From contig NIVC01001840.1 in assembly GCA_002269645.1 (NCBI GenBank), positions 124,001 through 188,000 on the forward strand: a stretch of 64,000 nucleotides of DNA, in the 5' to 3' direction. Origin of the DNA: Macrostomum lignano. Taxonomy: Eukaryota. The notes under the pieces were generated by a model, which had not been told where the DNA came from, ran no database searches, and was given only the letters and a program-made list of their open reading frames with translations. How positions within the stretch are numbered: position 1 is the stretch's first letter; every line of letters begins with the position of its first letter. The position numbers and the translations under genes are program-made. Positions 37,246-47,505 of the stretch are shown here, piece after piece.

Positions 37246-38899
37246 CCGTCTTTTCGAGATTTTTTTAAGAACCGTCTGGCCGATTTTTTTCAAATTAGCT
37301 TTGCAAATTGTTATTCATCGGAGATAAAGCATAACTTTTTTGATGGAAAATTCAAATTAGAAGTGAGTCGAATATTAAAAAAAATATTTTTCAATGCTCT
37401 CAATGTTTGAATTTTGAATTTGAATGCCCATCAAGGGGGCTAATAGCTATAGAGTGCATATACAAGTATAACATTTCAAACGATGAAAAATTCGAATTGG
37501 AAGTGGGTCAAATATCGAAAAAAACTGCTTTTTAATGCTTTTAATGATTTAATTTTGAATTTGAATGCCCTCCATGGAGGGGCCTTAATGCTCTATTGTT
37601 AATTCTATTAAGGGCCAACCCCCAAGGCACAGTGAAGTGTACATGCCTAACGATAAATAAAGCATTTGTCGCAGAACAGACACTGAAGCAACTGTCTGTA
37701 GAAAAATATTTTTAAAGCAACCTGCCTCTCCGGTTATAAAAGATATTACTGAACCGGTCTGCATTAATTTTATTAGAATAATCCTTACGCACTACTGTTA
37801 CTAGAAATGCAAATAAATGCTTAAAAGTAACTTCATGAGTAAACATCTTTCAAAGTGAAACTTATACAGCTTATACAAATTTCTTTCAGCAACGTATATA
37901 CAACGATGCTAAGTATAAAAAACCCCAGGGAATGCACAGCCACTGAGGTACTTGTAAGGGGTTGGGTTAAGCTTACAGTATGCAAGGATGTTTTCTTGTA
38001 GGTGAAAAACCGTCTCATTAAGCCTTGGTGCGCTCGTAAGTTTAATTGAAATCTGACCTCGCAAAACCAACCACTTCAGAATGGAATTATGTACAACAAA
38101 TAACGATGCGATATGAAACTGCGACTATAGTCAATAGCTTTTGAAGCAGCTAGCAATTCATAGCTATCAAAAGCCTTTCGGTCTCAGAGCCAGAGGTCCC
38201 GCATTGATTGTTGCGCCCTGCATGGAATATGCCAGCAACAATTTCCTCATTTTGCTCGTTCTATCAACAAGGACTACTTAAGTAGATATATACGTTACTT
38301 AAGTCGTCTTTGTCTATCAACTAGCTGCTATCAAACGGCTATTCCTCTCCTCTCTTACTGTCGCAGCTCGACGTCCCCTCTCTACCCTCCGTTTTAAGTT
38401 GTTAGGGGCAGCGCAGCAAAAACGGCATCACCAGTTTCACTCCACAGCGGGCTTCACAAGCCCTGGCCCTCATCCAGCCATCATCAATCTGCTGCTGCAT
38501 GGACGGACCATGGAGGAAAGAATAGGAGGGACACGGAGGGAAGATCTGGGTATGGCGAGGAGGGCGGGAAAATCAGAGAAGACCAGAGCTTTTGGGAACT
38601 TCAAAAATTGGGGTACCCATATTTGTCTATTGGAGTAGGGGGGGGGGGGGAGCACGGCCCCCCGTTGCCCCACCCTGACCCCATCCTACGAGCCAACTTT
38701 CTGAACGAAAAGCTTTATGAACATTAATAGACCCATAAGAAAGGCACAACATATCAAAAGACGAACATTGAGTCTGCATCCTCTCGAAAGCAAAAACATT
38801 TCTTGTGCTGAAAAATGAAAACTTCCTATCTCCGTCGCGTATTATTCGGCGATAGCCAGCCTTCTTAACGTTTTCTAAGAAACGTAGATTCCCAGTCAG

Positions 38900-39690
38900 C
38901 TAAGTATGCTTCTTCACAAATTGGAATTTAGTGTAGAAATGCAGCGGAATCTCGTGCGTCTTCGCCAGCCCAGGCACTCGGTGGTCCCCGCCAGGGTGTT
39001 GTTCCAGAACCGCTCGACCATGCACTGCAGTGCCAGCCGTTGGAAATTATAGTAGAACTTGTTGACAAAGAACTCCAGCCTCTCATTCATAGCCGGCAGG
39101 TCTTTGATGCCCCAGATGCAGATCTGGCGCATAGCTTTGCCGGAGAGGCAGGTATAGCCGAACACGCCGAACAGCCAGTTCTTGTAGCGATTGAGAAACG
39201 GCTGCTTTACGTTGTCCGTCTTTAGGCCGGTCAGGTCTGCGCCAGGCACTTTGAGCACGTCCGGGTTGTGATTCAGCGAGGCAAATAAGGTCTCATCCGG
39301 GCACGGCCAGCTGCCGTGTTTTCTCAGGTGCTCAATGATCTGCCGCCCAACGCTCGAGAATACGTACTCTACGAATCCTCTGGTGGCGGTGATGTGCACC
39401 GAGCTTTTGTACCACTGGATCTCTTTCTTACTGCCGTCGGGCAGTTGAACCGAAGGCTGCGGCGTTCCTCTGTGCGTGCCGGCGTTCTCCAGGTTGTTTG
39501 CTCCGTTCAACGATTTGAGAATTCTAATGAGTTCGCGCATAGTGCGCAGCGGGTACTCCTGGCCTACCAGGTTGATGAAGTAACGCCATTTTTTGCTCAT
39601 CTCCAGCAGGCGCTTCATGCAGTACAGGTCGGCCTTTAGCACCGTGAACGTTCCCCACAGAGTATTCAATAATGGAAGAGTTTCAAAACT
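38900..39690 (-). CDS. Glycosyltransferase family 14 (core-2/I-branching beta-1,6-GlcNAc transferase), C-terminal half only
   Basis: ORF 38914..39669: WG..TVLKADLYCMKRLL, KWRYFINLVGQEYPLRT, CPDETLFASL, RQICIWGIKDL, FFVNKF. The N-terminal anchor and stem were not found; a frameshift near 38986-38989 is possible. Confidence 0.85.
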
Positions 39691-39879
39691 TTAAAGTATT
39701 TTCTACTGTTTTTAGCTGTTTTTACTGTCTATATCAGTTTTAGAGCAACTACCCTATTATTACTACTTCTAGGGAAGAGTTTGAAAATTTTATGTCGGCT
39801 TGATGCTTCGAAATGTTTATTTTTTTGTCTTATCTATCGGTAATTCGAAAAATAGTTGAGCGCGCCCAGCGACAATTAA

Positions 39880-40605
39880 CTGGACAAGCTAGTTGCTGTT
39901 GCAGCGAGTGTCGGCCTAGTGGTCAACACGCATAAGACCGTCGTGCGCTGCGTGCCGGACGACATCGAGGCTGCGATTTTGTGCGGAGGCGCTGGTGGAC
40001 AGGCGACAGAGCTTCCGCGTTGTCAGCAGTTTGTTTACCTTGGCGGTCTGGTTCCCGGCGTCCGCGAGGATTTGCGGCGTCGCCGCGGGCTTTCCTGGGC
40101 TGCCTTTCGTTCTGTGAGGGCCGTCCTGCAGTCCGAGGCCTTACCCGACCGCCAGAGGGCGGCGTTGTTCCAGGCCGTGATCGAGACCGTCCTGCTGTAC
40201 AACGCCGAGACCTGGACGCTGACGGAGTCACTCGAGAAACAAGTTGACGCGGCGCATGCTGGCCTGCTGGCTCAAGATCGGCTACGAGCGAGTGACCAAA
40301 GCGGCTTTGTATCACCGCGCGCCGGCCTGGTCCGTCCAAGAGACCTGTTGCGCCGTCGTTGACTCCAGCTGGCAGGCCACATCATCTGCGCCGAGTCGTA
40401 CTGCCCACAGCCGGTGCAGGAGGTGCTGCTGCTATCGCTGCAGGCACCCTACCGGTGGGGGCAGACCCGCACTCGGCGTTTCGTCGACTGCCTGCTGGCT
40501 GAAGCCTGGCGCCTTGGATTCGGCCGGCGGCGTGGCGTTCCTTTACAACCTTGCCCTGAGACGCGCCCTGTGACGCTGAACGCGTATTCTGTTGTTGTTG
40601 TTATG
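39880..40605 (+). mobile_element. 5'-truncated RTE-type non-LTR retrotransposon (post-RT region), degenerate
   Basis: GLVVNTHKT, FVYLGG, VLLYNAETWTLT, RR*LQLAGHI; frameshifts and stops; ends in a short (GTT)n tail. Confidence 0.85.
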
Positions 40606-40609
40606 CTTC

Positions 40610-41545
40610 TGGTACTCTTATTATAGAGAAAAAACATAAGCAGCTTTCATTCCATAGCGATGTCTGAACTCCGACACGAGGGCCTTCTTCTTAAGCTCAA
40701 AGACTCGAGTCAGGACGATCCTCTGGACGCTGTCCAGGCGTCAGTTCAGCGGTGATCTCTGGTCACTTCGGGTTGCAAGTCGCCGTCACTAACATATCCG
40801 GCTTGCCGAACTTTTAAACGTACGTCATGGCGTCCTGGAGACGCTCCATCAGATATCGCGGTCCGCGGTATCCTGTTGGTCGGTTCGTATCATGATCTTG
40901 CTGGCGCAATACTTCATGGGAGACAGTTTGCGGCCATTGGTCATGCAAAGCTCGGGATGCCAGCCGCTCTCTCTGTTCGGAAACAGAAACACGGTCGAGT
41001 ACTCCAGCGGATCGTATGTTCTGTGCGTCTCAGAAATGCTTCACCTTCACGCAGTTGGATGACTAAATGTCGCAGCTGTTCGGTGCTAGCTCAGCATCCC
41101 CTGCAACAAGGATTCCCACCTCGTTCGCCGTGGGCAGATTGTACCGCCTGAATGTGAGCAGAAATGGTGTTTAAATTACAAAGTGTAATTTAACGTACTA
41201 AGTGTATTTTAATGTTACAGAAATAATAAATTTTTGAATAATAAGACTATACGAAATTATCTATGCTTGAAGAATGCAGCTTACCGAATGTATTCACCAG
41301 CCGGGCGTCGATCTGGGTGAATCACGATACGAGCATCTCACAGCTGAGGATCTTTGCTGATTCGCTGCGATACAGCCAGCAGACTCCGCCCATACGAATT
41401 GCACTCGTGAAGCAATTCTTGCAGCAACTGCAGAAGCTCAGGCTTCATCTTTTAGCTGAGGCTGAGGCGGCTTTCGAGCTCGCGATCCAAAAAGTACACC
41501 TGCCAGCCCTTAGGAGTACTGGAAGCATTAGCCATGAGCGGCTAG
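40610..41545 (-). mobile_element. Degenerate Helitron RepHel fragment (Rep domain N-terminal part) containing an intron
   Basis: Minus-strand translation across stops and frameshifts: QVYFLD..LLQLLQELLHECNSY; RRYNLPTANEV; YDPLEY; GWHPEL; GPRYLMERLQDAMTYV*KFGKPDMLVTATCNP..PEI..GQRPEDRP..RVF.LK; AYVF..EYQK. Intron 41284-41148 (GTAAG...CAG). Confidence 0.85.
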
Positions 41546-41559
41546 GTAGATACTTTTCA

Positions 41560-42075
41560 TTTTACAGCACAAAAATTGTCATTGCTTTCGATAGGAGGCA
41601 GACCTATAGTGCATGTTCAAATTTTTATATGTTGTGTATTTCTTATAGCTCTATTGATGAAAGCTTTTCTTTTGAAAAATTAGGTTTCTATGTTAATTTT
41701 TTATTCTACGCTCGTACGTACAATTGTACAAGTCCTGTGACTAAAAACCATTAAAATGGCACGGCTCGGCTCATTGGTTTTATGAATCTATTTTATCATT
41801 CTTAGCTTGACTGTGTAACAATATGTGTAACAGTCAAGATCCATAAGATGGTTATGGTAAAATAGATCCATAAAATCAAGAGTAGAGCTGTGCCATGCAT
41901 TTTTATGATTTGTAGGTACAGGAAATGTAGGTAGAATAAACAATCGCATAGAATTCTAATCTTCTCTACGCAAAGCTTTTTATGAATATCAATAGAACAA
42001 TAAACGCCCAACATATCGAAAGATGAACATTGAGTCTGCCTCCTATCGAAAGAAATGAATTTTTTTGTGCTAGTC
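41560..42075. repeat. Imperfect inverted repeat pair (41560-41710 and 41930-42075); third arm copy at about 38705-38825
   Basis: AGCACAAAAA..CATT.CTTTCGATAGGAGGCAGAC occurs on opposite strands; likely a MITE or foldback remnant. Confidence 0.7.
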
Positions 42076-42144
42076 CATAAATCGAGAGGCAAAGTCCAGG
42101 GACGGATTGATAGCGACGTACAGTTAAAATTACAGAATGTACAG

Positions 42145-42780
42145 TCAGTGCCCCCTCCCTAAAAACACACGGAGAACATGGCCCGCGCCACTGCGTTGGA
42201 GTTGAGTGTTGAGGCTGGGGGAGTGCGCTTTAATGTACAACGCTGCTTCAAGTATCTGCAGTTTGGAGTCAAATGAGCATTGGTCAATGACTTTGAAGCG
42301 CTCTTCGGGTTTGCAGTTGGAGCAACTATTCCACTCTAAGAAATGGTTTTGGATACCCGACGGTTTCAGCCAGTGCTCCCTGATTCTAGTGTGCAGGTGC
42401 CTTTTAGTTTTCCCCACGTATAGGAGACGCTCTGGTCATCAGAGCAGTTGAATTGATAAACGACACCAGCACGAAGAGCTGGTTTAACACGTGACTTCAA
42501 CCAACCGACAAAGTTGCCAACCTTAGCAGAACAAAAGATGACGCGGATGTTGCAACTAAGCGAGTTGCGGAACAATTTGCAGATTTTATTTTTGAAAAGT
42601 TGAGAAGGATAGCCAAAGAGAGGGAGGACAAGAGTTGGTTCGATGAGATCGATGGGATCGGCTTTAGCGCTAGGCTGATTGACAATTTTCTCAGAGACGA
42701 ATTTGTGAATGCGAGTATGGATAAACGCACGAGGATAACCATTTTGCTGAAACATTTCAACAAATATGTACTTAATTATT
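42145..42780 (-). mobile_element. Penelope-like element 3' fragment (RT thumb end plus GIY-YIG endonuclease), frameshifted
   Basis: NGYP; GVVYQFNCS; YVGKTKRHLHTRIREH; ILEA(A)LYIK..PSLNTQ. Confidence 0.9.
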
Positions 42781-43259
42781 GATTAAATTTACACCAAAAA
42801 TTTCGTATTTATTCACTTCCGATCTCTACTAGAAGATGCACACTGTTGTGCGAAACGCGTCGTTTAACTAAATTAATGTTTATTTTCGCTTCTGTATTCA
42901 TCTTACTTTGATAAATTCTAAATCGACGCTTAATGCTTATGGTATACACTACGAGTATATACACAGGTAAAGGTAACAAGCTACACTGTATTAAAGGCAC
43001 GATGTAATTTTTACTGTCGTAAAAATGTCATTGAGACCAATTACTTGTACTTGACTAGCCATTGTAGGCATTTGTAATCTTCACACCAAAAGTAACTATT
43101 CTAAATTTAGCATCAACTTTTGTTATATTTTTTCAACTTTAAATTTTATTCAGAAGTGTCATAAATGTACGATTATTAACTTGAGCTTGTCGCGATTGTG
43201 AATTTGCATTGCTACGTCCTACGTAGAAGTACATGTAAGGATGCATGGAGAACCATTAG

Positions 43260-44066
43260 GGTTGTTAATCTGGGAGAGTTGTCTGGGGGAGTTTAGTTTT
43301 TTAGTCGTGGCTTTTAGCTACATGTAGTCACCGCGTTTTAGGCTCAAAGTTTATTATAGTTTAAAAAAAATGCTGTTTATGTCAGTCCCATTCTACACTA
43401 TTAATCACTAGTTGAGTTCGTGCCAATTTACATGATTAGCCAGTCGGGCGCTGGGCTGTGCGAGCATTTGAACTTGCCACATTCACATCGCTTTTTCTTC
43501 TATTGCTCTCGAGTCTCGGATATCTACCATCCATATAAAAATGATATACAGATCCTTAGCCAGACTTCTGGATAAAATCACAAGTATTCCTCACTGACAA
43601 CGGCCAACAGCAAAGTTTCTAAGCTAAATCACAGCTTAGAAAAGCAGCTAAAACAAGTACAACAAAGCAGCAAAGCAACAAAAAATGATGTAAGTTTTTT
43701 AGCGCCAGGTGCCATTCCAAGCAAAACTGATACCAAAAGCCTGGATCGATCGATCTTAAGCAACAATATCCATGCTATTCACCAAACTTTTAGATAATCG
43801 TGAGGACTTTTTGATAAATCCGACTGGTCGCTCTGGTAAGATGTAAGATGTAATGGCAAGGGCCATCTCCAACCAAGTGCTAGAAACTTTAAAATAACCT
43901 TTTTATGCTTTGTAGACAGATCGAACAACTTTACCTCCAGAACTTTCTGTCCACTGTTTGACATTACCGGAAGAAGCTAAGTTAAAACAGGGCTTGTCCT
44001 AAATCGCCCTGCTTCTTGCAATCGTTGACTGCAATCAACTCTGAGCGGCCAAGAGCTATCAATAGC
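43260..44066 (+). mobile_element. Old, heavily degenerate RT/RNase H LINE 3' portion ending in the (AAC)n tail at 44067
   Basis: Remnant peptides: VFSRG..HV, YVSPILHY (cf. YVRPVLEY), VFLTD, APG, CPLFDI, and terminal IALLLAIVDCNQL* (stop 44042-44044), which matches the terminus of the adjacent intact copy. Confidence 0.6.
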
Positions 44067-44146
<80 letters not shown>

Positions 44147-44147
44147 C
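44067..44147. repeat. (AAC)n, about 27 units
   Basis: Direct inspection; one AAT variant. Confidence 0.98.
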
Positions 44148-44938
44148 TACACCGATGGCTCGGCCATCGGAGGGGTCGAAAACGGCGGAGCCGCTTGGAT
44201 CCTCCTCGACCATGATGGCACTAGCCGTCGCCGCGGGCACGCAGCAGCTGGTCGCTGGTGCAACTCTTACGAAGCCGAATTAATGGCCATCAAGCTCGCC
44301 CTGGAAGACATTATCAGCTCCGAACCGCGCCATGCCGTCATACTGACCGACAGCCAGAGCGCCATCGCCGCCATCAAAGCTGACCGTCCAACCCTCAACC
44401 TGCGGCTTGAGCAAGTTAAAGATCTCCTCGCTAACGCAGCCATGCACACGAAGATCGCCCTGCAATGGGCTCCGGGACATTCGGGAGTGCCCGGTAACGA
44501 ACTGGTCGACGCAGAGGCCAAGTTCGCGGCCACTCTGCCTCAAGACGAGTCCGAAATTTCCCTTGCAGCTGCTAAAGAGCGCATCCGCCATCATCTCAAG
44601 TACCGCCCAACCCTTCAGGGGCACTTAGCCGAGGTCTATGGTAAAAAGATCTCCTTCCATCAGGGACCGCGTCGCCAACAAATCCTCGTGGCGCAGGTCA
44701 GAGCAGGCCACTGCCCTGTCTCCAACTATTACCGCAACCGCACCGACATCACCGAAGGCGGCCCCTGCCGACTTTGCCTGGATGTTCCGGACCAATTCCA
44801 CCTCTGGACCTGCCCCAAGCTCGAAGCTAATCGGCGCAACATCGGCGTCACTAGTCTGAGTGACTTTGCACGTGGTGACTTGGTGGCGCAGCTCCTGGGA
44901 GCCGTCGACTGGCGGCCCCTGTGAGTTGCTCACCGCAG

Positions 44939-45018
<80 letters not shown>
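44148..45018 (+). mobile_element. 5'-truncated LINE (RNase H domain plus Cys/His C-terminus, uninterrupted frame) with (AAC)n tail
   Basis: YTDGS, YEAELMAI, ILTDSQSAI, LQWAPGHSGVPGNELVDAEAK, RAGH, CRLC..HLWTCP; stop at 44924, 16-nt 3' UTR, (AAC)n at 44941-45018. Confidence 0.92.
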
Positions 45019-45019
<1 letters not shown>

Positions 45020-45423
45020 CGGTTAAGCGATCTCCCGCCACTAACTACGTACGCGTACATACACAAACATTAGGGAAGTGGCTAGTTTAGCTGAAAGGGT
45101 AAAGTATGAGGATTAGAGTGGGAGCGACTACTGGATGGAAAGCGAATAAATGTTGGTGAATAGGAGGTTGATAGTTGTTCAGAGAATCCAATACTTAAAC
45201 AAACAAAAAACCCGGATGTAGTCTTGAAGTTCTGGCAGTGGTACGATACTAAGTAGAAGGTAAACAATGGTAGCCGATAGCAACAAAAAATACACTGAAT
45301 CAGATCAAAGTCTCCCAAGGAGCTTCTCAAGGCCTGCAGTTGACGAAACGCCGAGTACGGAATTACGAGCTATATGCATAGCCTCTCCAGTAGGATGTTT
45401 GTCTGTGTCCAGTTTTAATAAAG

Positions 45424-46506
45424 CTACAAGTGGGTCACGGCGTCGATAGTTGATATGTACACACTGGAAGATGCTTGCGTCGCTTGGTTCTCCTCAGCAG
45501 CAGTGGAAGCAGCGGCAGTGGCGTCGGCGCTTGGTCGATGGCGACTGGCGATGCCAGCACCAACGCTGGCGCTACGCGAAGCGAGCCCTCGATGGCCGGT
45601 GATACGTCTGAACAGGTGCGTTCCAAAGTAAATAAACGGATTAGCCAGACTATTGGCAGCGGTCAACAGGTACACCAGAATGTTGACTACTTCGCTTTCA
45701 GTGTAGTATTTCTGAATGTTATCGTCCAGTAAGCGCAGTCCACCATCGATGAACCAGAGTACGTTGGGGAAAGCTTGCGTCAGAACGAACACGATGCTAT
45801 TAGCTAGCATGATTTTCGTGAAACTCCTGGCCGCTGCGCTAAATGTTCGACAAGAGGTTCGCTTTCTGCACAGCTCTCTCAGGACCAGGCCGTAGAACAC
45901 TGTCATGGACACTAGCGGCAGAATAAAAGCGGCCAGTATCCAAACGTAGAACTGGATTGTGAAGAACAATCGCCAGTGCACGATAACGTAGTCGCTTTTC
46001 CTAGTTGGGTCGCAGTTTCCGTCAACTAAGACTGGCGGCAGGCACCAGGGAGCCGAAACCAGAGCGCTGGCCAGGACGCACGCGCCAATTCCGAGCAGAA
46101 CGGTTCGCATCTTCAGGAATTTGTAACGCATCGGCTGGCACACGGCCACGTATCTCTCGCAGGCCACCAGGCACAGGTTGAACACGGACCAGAGGAACAG
46201 GCACCAGAACAGCATGCCAGTGTAGGCCACATTGCACAGAAACAGATCCAATGGTAGCCAACCAGACAGAGGTAAATTGTTCCAGTCCTGCAGCTGGTAG
46301 AGCAGAGCGGCCGTGCACACGCTCAGGTCCAACCAGGCCTGCAGTCTGAACAGAGCCAACGGTAACCGGCTGGTGACTCGATTGCACACCAGGTAGACGA
46401 ATAACAGCAGGTTGAGCAGGATGCCCAGCGCGTTCACTGGCACGTAGATTAGGCGAGTGGGCAACGAACTTGTCGAGTTGTCAGTCGTAGAAATTTCTAG
46501 CGACAT
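45424..46506 (-). CDS. Intronless rhodopsin-like (class A) GPCR, 360 aa, paralog 1
   Basis: Seven hydrophobic segments, CERYVAVC (DRY-like), Cys at the top of TM3 and in ECL2, ANPFIY (NPxxY). ATG at 46506; the ORF track starts at an upstream GTG. Confidence 0.92.
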   Translation of the reverse strand: MSLEISTTDNSTSSLPTRLIYVPVNALGILLNLLLFVYLVCNRVTSRLPLALFRLQAWLDLSVCTAALLYQLQDWNNLPLSGWLPLDLFLCNVAYTGMLFWCLFLWSVFNLCLVACERYVAVCQPMRYKFLKMRTVLLGIGACVLASALVSAPWCLPPVLVDGNCDPTRKSDYVIVHWRLFFTIQFYVWILAAFILPLVSMTVFYGLVLRELCRKRTSCRTFSAAARSFTKIMLANSIVFVLTQAFPNVLWFIDGGLRLLDDNIQKYYTESEVVNILVYLLTAANSLANPFIYFGTHLFRRITGHRGLASRSASVGAGIASRHRPSADATAAASTAAEENQATQASSSVYISTIDAVTHL

Positions 46507-46734
46507 CACATGCGATATTCAATTAGCAGATTCATACATTTCATACAGTTCATACATTTTCCCCTGCTTTAAAGCTAGTTGTAAATTGCTCAACCAAATT
46601 TCTGCTAGCCAATGAGAAGCCTCACGCTGAACATACGAGCTACTCCGTTATTGAGCAGCTATAGTTTTAGATAAGCAACCTGCATCAGAAGCCTTTTTGC
46701 CTGTGCTTTAAACCGTTCTCTCCTACGAGCTTGG

Positions 46735-47505
46735 ATCACCGAAAGCATGAAAACATATTGACCTAATTCAACGACAATGTACCCTGTTGTATGAGCTTCT
46801 ATTGTAAGTTTTTCTTTATTTTGGTTATTGAATGAGAGCAAGGCGGTGGTTCATTTAGTTTATCGACGGAAATCAGATCGAAGAGAAAACAAGGGGAGAG
46901 TGATTCGTGGCACTGCCGTCGCCGTATATTTATAGTTTTGTAAATGCCTTCCGGAAATTTCTAGAAAGATTGAGCGCATCTTAACAAAGCGATTAAAAAC
47001 TTAATTATATACGTTACGCAAATACAAGTAGAATATTAACAGTTAAGTAATAATTAATAATTTACTATTTATATGCGTATGTAATAGATAATCTGCTAAC
47101 TCGAAGAAGTTTCTGGAAAAATAAAAATGTTTTAACTTTAGAAATCTGACGAAATTTCGAGAAAGTTATTAATGTACGCTACACTATCACCGAAAGCATG
47201 ATAACATATTGACCTAATTCAATGACGATGTACCCTGTCGTATGAGCTTCGATCCCCGAAAGTATGAAAATACGTTGAACTATGAAAATGACAAGACACT
47301 GACAATTCAATGAAAATGACAATGACAAGACAATGACAATTTAATGACAATGTACCTTGACGTATGAGCTTCGATCACCGAAAGCATGAAAATACGTTGA
47401 ACTAATTCAATGACAATGTACCCTGTCGTATGAGCTTTCATCATAGAAAGCATGGAAACATGTTGGCCGAATTCAATGACAATGTACCCTTGCCGGATGA
47501 GCTTG
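46735..47505. repeat. Interrupted 66-bp tandem repeat
   Basis: CCGAAAG at 47190 and 47256; further units at about 46735-46800 and 47340-47505. Confidence 0.8.

Noticed and set aside
44016-44924. Poly-Asn-RNase H fusion protein
   Set aside because: The ORF starts at TTG. The poly-N is the (AAC)n tail of the upstream element fused by chance to a 5'-truncated LINE.
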